Shown one piece after another: positions 52,027 to 61,825 of a stretch of DNA of 64,000 bases (the stretch's first letter is position 1; each line of letters starts with the position of its first letter). A program made the translations under genes and the position numbers. Under the pieces are notes generated by a model, which was not told where the DNA came from, made no database searches, and saw only the letters and a program-made list of their open reading frames with translations. The DNA comes from Fistulifera solaris (lineage: Eukaryota): the NCBI GenBank assembly GCA_030295235.1, contig AP026137.1:1-64000 (forward strand), given 5' to 3'.

Positions 52027-54940
52027 CTACTCTTCGACGAAAAAGATGTAGCGACTCTTGTCCAATAATTTGAAGAATGATCTGGTGAAGTCCGATACTT
52101 TATCGATGTCGAGCCACTCCTTGCTGGATATGTAGTCTCTATCAATGCACAGCAAAAAGTCCCCTATCATGTGGCTCAAAATTCTCCGCTTTATGGGAAA
52201 ATCGGACGCTTTGAATTTGCCCGCTGCAATCCCTCCCTGATTTGCGTCGAAGCGAATATTTGGCTTTTTGCGGAGAAGTTCTTCAACCTTTCTTGTCCAT
52301 CCCATATGATCCGACAACGCATTTATGAACTCCAGCAAAATGGATCCGACCGCAGTGAAGTTCACGGGAATGATACTGTCTTTCTCAAGATCCATAGCAA
52401 AGCACGTGCTAAAGCGTCTCTTCCAAATTTCGGCTAGAAAATCGGATCGCCTTTTTGTTGTTATACACTCAACGTCTGATTTCTCTTTACGGTTGTTGTG
52501 CTGATCGAGTTTGAGCTCATTTAAGAATCCAAAGTCGTTTAACACAAGGCAGCGATACGATTTGCAATACTCTTCGGGGAGTATGTCGTCCATTTTTCTG
52601 GGTAAGATTAACAGACGATAAGGTTTCCTGGTAAGGAGCAATACGACTTACGGCGCAATATTACCCTTACCTCTTGATATCGCCAGGCCCGATAACGCAA
52701 TTGATAGAGAACTCATGTAAATTTGCCGAACGCTCACGAGCGAAGAGATTAGCTCGTCTAGGATTCATTCCAAACGCCATCTAGAGAGTTTCGCAGCAAA
52801 CTCCCTTGTCCGGTTTTTTCTTCGCCCCATACGGCTTTGATATCTTTATAAATCGTGTCCAGATTAGTCAAGAAAGGAATATCAAATGTCGGATCACGAA
52901 GCCGAAGCCCATTGTACAAGTGTAGTGCCGCCCTTAACTGGCCTATCGAATCAACAGTCGCGGTTCCTAGGCCAATGGAACAAATATACGTTGCGTACAG
53001 CAAATATTGTCCTCCAATAAGAGGGTTCCACAATCCAAGCAGCTCCACCTGGAGTGCGTCCGCGCCTTCATTCAAGGCATGGTAGGATGACCCGGGATGG
53101 GCAAACTGCTGAAGGCTACTAAACATATTGACGTTGGCGTAAAAAACAGGAGAATTTTCGGGTGATTTGTCTCGATCCGCTGCCGCCCGCATCTGCTCAA
53201 ATAGCAAATTGTAGGAGCGCTTGGCTGATCCGGCAATGCGAGCTAGGTCGCCGTCTCCTTGCAGTACGAAAATTGACATTAGTACTGCGTGAAAGCCAAA
53301 TGTCAGAGCTATTGGCACTGGTCTCGTTGGATCACCTCTTACGTGTCGGTCCAGCAGGTCAAGGACTGTAATTAATTGTGACCGGTTTGGTAGGTTACTC
53401 AAGGGCGTACTTCGGTAAACCAGCAAAAGTTGCGGAAATAGACTAAACACCAATGGTTCATCCAGATCGCCCCGAATTCGACGGGCAGGACGGCTTTTTT
53501 CACCAAAAGGGGGTCCCCAGATTCCTGGTTCTCCAGAAACGATTGCATTGCCTCTTACTTGACTCATAAGGAGCTGAAGAATCCTTTGCGAATTCAAGAC
53601 GCAGCAATCCCCGCAAATATTGTCGAATTCCTTCAGACACGTGTGAGGTTGCGGTAAGTTACCAACAGTTTGTGAAATCCCGAAGTGTTGTTCCTCCGTC
53701 TCTAGAAGCGTTTCAAACATGGTATATGCTTCGATTTCGGAAGCAATATCTTCCACGTACGCAAAATCTATACCTGATTTCTTGACAAATTGTTTCACAA
53801 TGATGGGAACATCCTCTTTCCAAGATTATCGCGAATTTTAGACTCCACTATCTTCGCCACAAACTGCAGAGCCATATCGGCATGCTTCTTTTGTTTCGTT
53901 ACATCCATGTGTTCGTTGATCTCTGCGATAACATCCGCAAAGAAAATGAGAGCCATGACATGATAAAACGACGAGAGATGAGGATGCTCCATCGCTAGTT
54001 CCATCTCGGCTCGATTCACACTGTCAATAGCAATGTTTGCCACCACTGCACATTCCATTAACAAGTGCATGAGATGTCCAGATGATTGACCGGGTACATG
54101 GTTTCTCATGTATAACTTTAAATGTTCGTAATGCAAACGAATAGATTGCATCATGTCATCCATTGTATTCAAGAAAGCCATGGCTTGGAATCGATCATCG
54201 GCCTTCAAAAGAACTTCCATGATATCAATGTCTTCTTTAAGTTCAACTCCGGTGTATTTCGGGAAGTTCCCCTCTTTGTTGTCACGTTCAACGTCCTCCC
54301 AATTCCTGTCGTCTTCTCTGTCTTCCTCCTCCTCATCGTCCAGCGTCAAGGCATGAAACCGACCCCCAATCGCATCTTTTTCGTCGCCGTCCTTCTTCGC
54401 GCTGTGAGCGGCTAAAATTCGATTCGAAAATACAAGAGCACTACCTGGTACGACAGTATTTTAGCACATCGATGATGTAACGATGTCCGAGATCACCTCC
54501 CTCTTTCGATCCAAAATTCATTGCCGTTACCTTCTCTCGCAGCCGAATACTCGTTGCTAAACTCGACATGATTTCGGGAGGGGCGATAATGAACTCTTTC
54601 GAAATCTCTTCTTCTTCCTTTTGCAAATAAACAGATCGGTTTAGCTGCAAAATGTGTTGCACTCCTTTCAAATAATCATCGACGGCGGACATCTTCAGCT
54701 GACGACCCGCTTTATTCTCAGCCATCCAGTTGTGAAACTGCAACGTAGCATCTTTATAAACGGCATAATACCCTTTATTTTCGACAGAAGCATCCGGTGC
54801 GACTTTCTCTTTGGCGTGAAACGTCGGTAATTTGCCTTTCAGACGTTGCAAAAGGAAGGCTCCTCGCCTCCTTGTGCGGCGGCGGACGCTTTGCTGCGGT
54901 CTTTCTTCTTATTGAGTGGCTTCTTGTTGTTGTTGGGCAT
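52027..54940 (-). pseudogene. Large (~950 aa) uncharacterised gene with a DUF6604-like N-terminus, broken by several frameshifts (pseudogene or assembly errors)
   Basis: Consecutive ORFs 54839..54940, 54441..54851, 53795..54349, 52758..53798 and 52027..52641. The pattern YAVYKDAT..FHNW / SIRLREKV / GHRYIIDVLKYC / RFHALTLDDEEE recalls DUF6604. Domain call is from memory. Confidence 0.6.
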
Positions 54941-55203
54941 CTTGATGCTAACTTCTTTCAGCGTAGCATTGATGATGAGAAACTTGTTAAGAAAGAATGA
55001 TGCGCACGCGACGCCCACAAAATTTTCTGACGAGGCGGCGAAACAACACACAGAAATTCTGTGTAGAGGTCTATGTTTCGAGACTAGAAACTTCTTTGCG
55101 CGTTATAATTCGACAAAGCGATAGAATAAACAGTCGAAAATATCGAAAATGGCTCTTTGTCACAAGACCTATTATTTGCTTACTAGCCGTCGGCGGCAGC
55201 TAT

Positions 55204-55775
55204 AAAGTTCGCGCTGCAGGCTGCAGGCTGCATGTACTTGTAATACATAAAAATAATCGATGCAGTCCCATGACAGAAATCCAGTCGTGGATTGGTACAA
55301 CCATCTGTCATCTGTTTGGATGATAGTAAAAACATGAAGGTCACAATTCGAAAAGCATTGCCGGCTGAAATCGCAATCGCGCAAAATTCCAAGGTGAGAG
55401 CATAAATAGCTCTAGATCTATCATTGTAATCAGACTAGAATCAAACGCGAAAAAAGACAAAAAAATTCGCGCAGCAGGCTGCATGTTCAAAAGGATCGAT
55501 GCAGTCTCATGACAGAAATCCAGTCGTGGATTGGTACAACCATCTGTCATCTGTTTGGATGATAGTAAAAACATGAAGGTCACAATTCGAAAAGCATTGC
55601 CGGCTGAAATCGCAATCGCGCAAAATTCCAAGGTGCGAGCATAACTAGCTTTCGGTTGATTATTGTAATGAGACTATAATTAAACGCGAAAAAGACAAAA
55701 ATTCGCGCTGCAGGCTGCATGTTCAAAAGGATTGATGCAGTCTCATGACTGAAGTCCAGTCGAGGATTTGTACAA
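55204..55775. repeat. Tandem repeat of ~239 bp, about 2.3 copies
   Basis: Identical blocks offset by 239 nt (e.g. 55392 vs 55631). TTCGCGC(T/A)GCAGGCTGCA begins each unit. Confidence 0.92.
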
Positions 55776-55897
55776 TTAACTGTTTGGATCTTCCTATCAA
55801 AGCTCAAAAAGTTAGTGCATTGACAATTCACCATTTACTATCACAAAAAGTTCATTAGTGTCCTTCTTAGTTCATTTCTTTGTAGTTCGTAAAATGC

Positions 55898-57307
55898 TTA
55901 GTGCATCCTAGTTTTACGCTTGCGGGGTTTGGTTGGTTGCGCTTCCAAAGACGAAGAGCCGGGCGGATCATTTATTCCAGGCTGCGATGTTGACGCATTT
56001 CGCCGCTCTGCGTAAATCTTGTCGATGGTCGACCCGTTGGAGCACATTCGTCCTTTGTCGTTGAGAACGGTGATGTTGCAGTTTCGCGTCAGCAACTGTG
56101 CTAGCCAGGTGTAGTGCAACTGTTTCCAAGTCCTATCTTTGACGACAAACTTACGGAGAGATGTATGTGTTTCCAACACCTCAAAAATGCCCTGCAAATG
56201 CGGGCGCCAATCGATCAGTTGAGCCGTCTCACTCAAGTCCAAGCAACGCAACTTGGGATTACGTTTTATACAAAGAATCAACGCTTTGGCCACGGGTGCT
56301 GCTTCGTCATGATCGAGTTGCAGAGAGCGATCTCCCGAAAGAGAAAGACACAATCGTTCTACATGACCCGCCGCGGCAACTTGTTTGAGAAACGCAATGA
56401 CAATCTCATGCCAGTCATCGCCATCGTCGAGAAACAGTTGAAGAGTAATATCCTTCGGGTCTATTTCCAGATCTTCGAAATCATCCGGTGGAAGAAGCTG
56501 TGCGTGCACTCGGTACACGAGAGTGTTGACGTGCGTGACCAACGGCAGCATGGCACATCCTGGGGAGATACCACAGATTTCGAGTTTATCGAATGCGTTT
56601 TGAAGTTCAAAGAAGCGATTGAGCGGAAAGTTGTTGAACGGATACCCGTGACGTTCGTACATGAGAACCAGCGTCCCAAACGAAGTCGTTCGATTCCCCA
56701 AAGCACTGACAAAGGCCATTCCACCATCGTGAAAGGAAAACTCACGTCCCAATTCCAAGTGCAAACAATGAGGCCGCGATGCCAGAATGACGGCTTGATC
56801 TTCCGAAAAGGTACCACCAAAGAGTCGGATGCGTCGTTGCGGATTCGATTTCAAAATTCGAATGAGTTGCGGTAATTGTAACGCGCCAAAATCAAAGGAA
56901 TTGTCCAACGAATAGATCGTGAAATACGTATGCCAAGCATCGGGAAGAGACAAGAAAAACGTCGCAGTCTCAGCAATAGCCGCATCGGTTTCTCCATAAA
57001 CGGCACAATACAAATGATCTTTCTGGTCATGGTTCGACAGCAACAAGAGCAAATACCGTTCCAAAAATGGTTCGCAGTGGTGGTTGTTGAAATAGATGAT
57101 GGAACCATTCTCTCGCCAAATGCAACTACCTAGAAAGTTTTTGCATTGCATCTGCTGAAGATCGGTCGGCTCCCCGAGGAATCCGTATAGGGGAGGTGAA
57201 GAATCGCCGTCGTTTTCAGCCAATAGAAGTGCCTTTTGTCGTGACGACATGCGGTTTCTCGGGATGAGCTGCAGTAAGGGACTGCTATCGTTCGGGTCTT
57301 CTTCCAT
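55898..57307 (-). CDS. Array family copy 25, intact, 469 aa, lacking the last conserved block
   Basis: Open ORF. After NGSTIDKIYA it goes straight to a low-complexity tail ending KPRKRKTRMH. Confidence 0.9.
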   Translation of the reverse strand: MEEDPNDSSPLLQLIPRNRMSSRQKALLLAENDGDSSPPLYGFLGEPTDLQQMQCKNFLGSCIWRENGSIIYFNNHHCEPFLERYLLLLLSNHDQKDHLYCAVYGETDAAIAETATFFLSLPDAWHTYFTIYSLDNSFDFGALQLPQLIRILKSNPQRRIRLFGGTFSEDQAVILASRPHCLHLELGREFSFHDGGMAFVSALGNRTTSFGTLVLMYERHGYPFNNFPLNRFFELQNAFDKLEICGISPGCAMLPLVTHVNTLVYRVHAQLLPPDDFEDLEIDPKDITLQLFLDDGDDWHEIVIAFLKQVAAAGHVERLCLSLSGDRSLQLDHDEAAPVAKALILCIKRNPKLRCLDLSETAQLIDWRPHLQGIFEVLETHTSLRKFVVKDRTWKQLHYTWLAQLLTRNCNITVLNDKGRMCSNGSTIDKIYAERRNASTSQPGINDPPGSSSLEAQPTKPRKRKTRMH

Positions 57308-57954
57308 GTTTTCGTATTGTAAAGGTATAAGTCGTCAAAACAATTTAGCAAAAGAGAAGAAGGAACACTGTGATGCACCTCGAGAAATGAAGCAAAAGAA
57401 AGGATGCTGCAGTTGCTGCTGAACGAATAGACAACCGAAGTTTCACTATTGAATGATATCGTCATCTTGACATCCCAGACGCACCACGACGTCGATCATT
57501 CGGGAGTAGAAAGAGAAAGTCTAGTCGTCTTGTTCAAGTGTAATGATTGTACGATTAGAATCATAAAGACGTTCATTCATCGGCACGTTGACACACGCAA
57601 AACAGCCGATCTGTGATTTTCGTGTTCTTGTTTTCGCGGGCTTTTTACTGTACTGTAGGTAGTAGTCTGGTGTGTGTCAACGACGTCCAGACCAATTATC
57701 GAATTCCTTCTTACGTAGTAATCATGATTGAATTGTAAGTCGTGGAACTTTGACACTACATTTAGGAGCTATAGTCGTAAGCTTTAGTACCGTACAGAAA
57801 CGTGCTGTGTTAATTAGAAAACGTGAAAAGATCTTGAAAATCGCAGGAAAGCGCATTCACGGAATTCACGATGAGAAATCGCATAAAAGCTGTTGTTGTT
57901 ACGTAGTATTACAAAGATATACTTTCACTTTGCAGCAAAATTAAAGAAGAGGAG

Positions 57955-59510
57955 ATGAACGACAGTCCGCTGTTAGAGCTTGTTTCGAGGGAGGAGCTCT
58001 CCGCTCGAAAGGGTTATAAAATGGGCCACAAGGCAAACAACGACGTGCGCATGTATTGTTTGCTGCGAGAACCGGAACATCTCGAGGAGTTTGACTGGGA
58101 AACGAACGAGAAGATTATTTGGTGCGATAACGACACTATCATTTGTGTATGTAGTCGAGATATGTTGCAATACGATGAAACAAGCTATTTTAGTTTCAGC
58201 ATCGAGAGAGAGAATTTTTGCACGGCACAGTTTTCGGTAAAACCGATGCGGCTATCGCGGAGACGGCGACATGGTTATTGTCTCTTTCCAGTTTAAGAAA
58301 ATTCAATAAAGTTATTGTCGGTGGTTATGCTACTTCTATTACAAGGAAGCACTTTGACGTCGCGAGCTTTTCCGCAAAGCAGTTGACACAGATTCTCGGT
58401 GCAAATCCGACACGATGCATCAGTTTTATCGCGAGTCAGTTGACCACAGAGCAAATAGTTTACTTAGCAAAACGTCCTTTTCCTATCAGTTTGAAGCTGA
58501 ATCGCTACCAGAGCACTGACGATAAGGGGCTAAGAGACGAAGGAACTACTCTTGTAGATGCCCTGGAGAATCGACAATCTGCTTTTGGCTCGCTGGAGCT
58601 CGATGCTTCTAGCAATAGACCCATCATGAGTCGAGCAAATCTAGAGCGCTTATTACGGCTAGATTTTATCATCGACAAACTCAGCCTGGACTTCCTACAC
58701 GCGGATATTGTCTTGTCCCCATTCGTTGCAAGGGTACAAGCTTTAAACTACAATTTTACAGTGAAAGACCTGCGACCCGAAGACTTTGAGACGCTTGATA
58801 TTGTGGCAAAAGATCTTAAGCTTACCATCAATCTGGATGGTGCTACGCAGTGGAGTGAGATATTGATATCACTTTTAAATCGACTCGCCTGTCTGGGTCA
58901 TTTCGAGAGTTTGAGTTTCAGTTTTGACACCTCCGATGTGCTGCCTGTAACGTTGGGATCCGATCAGGCTTTAGTACATGCATTGGTCAATGTAATAGCC
59001 GGCAATCCGCACTTGATTTCTTTTGATTTCGAAAACACCCATGCTCTTATTAACATGGCTCCTTATAAAGAGACTATCTGTCAAGCTTTGGAAGAGCACC
59101 GTGGACTACGTTCAGTGATTTTTCATAAATTTCCACCTTTTCACAGAATATTTGCTGAATTGCTTTACCCTCTCGAACATTCTCGTCAACAGGAACTCTG
59201 GTATTCCGTGCTCGAGCGGCTGCTCTCTCGCAATCGACGCATCAACGTGTGCGATAATCGTGGCAATAGATACACCAACGGATCCACGATTGACACTTTG
59301 TATGCTCTCAATGATTTCTATAATGGCTCCTTCGACTTGTTGAAAGAGGATTCTACATCGCTGCGACCTCTCTATGTAGCGACGGCATTGACAGCGGGCG
59401 CTTCGGCAAACTTTCAATGCGCTGCTTTGTTGCTCTCGGATCACACCGACATACTGTGTGAGTTCTTGCACAACGAAGAAACGATCGACTCATCAGAGCG
59501 TGAGTCGTAG
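57955..59510 (+). CDS. Array family copy 26, inverted orientation, single homopolymer frameshift near 58217 (likely intact)
   Basis: MNDSPLLELV...RENF plus one T joins LHGTVFGKTDAAIAETATW in ORF 58218..59510. Confidence 0.72.
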
Positions 59511-59717
59511 TGGCGCAATGTTTATCATAATATGCTCTGGACCAGGATGGCTGCTAACATGAAAGCCGATCCTTTTCCTAGAGACATAATTAAATTAACT
59601 TATTCACTGTGTATCAAATCTCATGCTAATTACTTTCCATATTGTGTTCGCTTCTTGGAAGCACGCGACGGCTGCGTTCTCGTTGCGCGTTTCACATAAG
59701 GCGTTTGGTGCGATTCT

Positions 59718-61363
59718 CTACGTTTTGCAATGATCTGTGTGGAAACCTTTGGTCGAGACGGCGCCTGCATTCGTTGTTCCTCTTGCTCTGTCGCATTTTT
59801 TGAATAGCTGACAAAGTATGTCGGTGTGATCGGACAGCAAGCATGCAGTGCGTCGGAAATTCTTGGAGGCGCGTTGTACCAAAGCGGTGCCCATGAGCAT
59901 CGGTCGCACGAAAATACATTCTTTCACCAATCGTTCCGATCCGCGATAGAAGCGATTTTGGTAAATCTCAGCTATTTTTGTCGAATTGAAGATAAAGCAC
60001 CGTTCTTCGAAAGTATCAAATACTGAGATGTTTTCGTTGTGCAAAAGCAACTCCTCAAGAGGCGCGGCGTACCGGTCACGGACATCCTGGCGGAGATTCT
60101 TCATGTTGGTTGGATATTCCCGGACGGACAAGATGCGCATACTTGGGTGTCGTTCCAGAGCTTTGAATAGAGACTTCATATGAGGACACAGCTCCACTTT
60201 CCAATTCATCTCGCTCAAATCAACACAGGTGAGCGTCGGATTGGCACGAATTGTACGTGTGAGCGCATCGACAAACGCTCTCACTCTGGCACGTGAATAG
60301 TTAGGCTCTTCGATAAAGGGCTCATCTCCATCTTCAAAATCCCAGCGGTAGTTCATCGATAATCCCAAACGTTGGAAATCACCCAATGCCGCCACACGAT
60401 TCAAAAATGCGATGAGACGACCATCCCAATCTTCATGATATTTGTCAAGATAGAGTCGGAGATCCAAATCTTTCGTCACAATGTTGAGCGAATGAAACGC
60501 GTGCGGTGAGATGTGTTTGGCATCCACTTCGTATTGAAGAGCCTTCACTTTGGCGGAGAAGGGTAACAGCACCAGCTCTGGGTCGAGGGCACACATCGTC
60601 AGCTTGTCCAGAACAACGTCGAGTTGAAACAAACGAATCAAATTGTTACGGCTGAATGGCATTAGGTTTCGAGGGAAATTGATCGTGAGAAAGCCAAATG
60701 AGGTCGCTCGTTGTTCGAGTGCGTCGATAAACGCCGTTCCGCCATCTTGAAAAACCCAGCCGCGATTTGTTTCCTCCGATTGAGCCAATGTCAGGTTCAA
60801 CGGAAAGGGACGCGTCGCTAGAATGACAGATTGCTCGGGACTCCAATTTCCCATTCGAAAGTCATAGTGCCGTTGCGGATTGGCCTCCAGGATCTGCGCC
60901 AGTTGTTCCGGTCGAAACGCGCGAAAATCGAGTGCGTATTGTGTATCGTACTCAAAGCCGGCGTACAGTTCCAAACGTGTGCGCGTGCTGTCGCCCTTTT
61001 CCTTGAGAGAACACAAAAGGTAGCGGCTTCGGCCAGCGCCTCATTCGATTCGCCGTAAATGACACATTCCAATTCGTATTTGGGGTCTCCGTCGTATTCG
61101 ATCTTCAACGACAAGGTTCGTTTGTCGTCTCGATTGAACGAAGAACCCGAAAAACAAATAAGGGCTCCACAATCCAGCCAAATAGCGAGACAGCGATACT
61201 TGAGCAAATCTAAGTCTTCGAAATGACGGGGTGCGCGTACGAAATGGTACACTGGAATGTAATAAAACCCGGTCGGTTCCGGTCTGAGTTTCTTTTGTCG
61301 TTCGAAAAGCAAATCATCCGGAATACGCACTAATACAGGAGCGCGCTGAGACATTTGCTGCAT
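59718..61363 (-). CDS. Array family copy 27, single homopolymer frameshift near 61017 (likely intact)
   Basis: ...EALAEAATF plus one T joins LCSLKEKG in ORF 59718..61016. Confidence 0.72.
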
Positions 61364-61825
61364 GGTGGTGCTGTATGTGTTGTTTTCTTGAAGCGATAAA
61401 ACGATAGCTTTGAATAATGAAGAGATGAATGGGAGAGGCGACGATCTTGGTTGAAACGATCGGCGACAAAAATCGCCAAAATTTGAAGGTGTTTTCGTAC
61501 ATAGACTACAAACACGTTGGTATACCGGTTCGACTTGTCCACTTATAACACGCTCAGGACTGACATCCAGTCACGTATACTGTTTTTGCACTAGGTGTCG
61601 AAAATCGCTTTGCTAGCTTATTTGTTTGCTAAAATCAATCAATTTTAACGTAATCGATACCCATCTATTCTTTCAAAAGAGTGATTTGGCGGACTCATCA
61701 GATTCTAAACGGTTGGTATTATCAATCATACCTGGCAGAGGGAAACTCCGCTACCTTGCATAGTCGCTTCAATCGCATTATAGAGTTCATGTACTTGGAT
61801 CAAAGCAGATAATGTACGAAGCTGA

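Noticed and set aside
56114..56875. 253-aa plus-strand ORF and similar ORFs antisense to family copies
   Set aside because: They are antisense to clear family members and are not conserved between paralogues.
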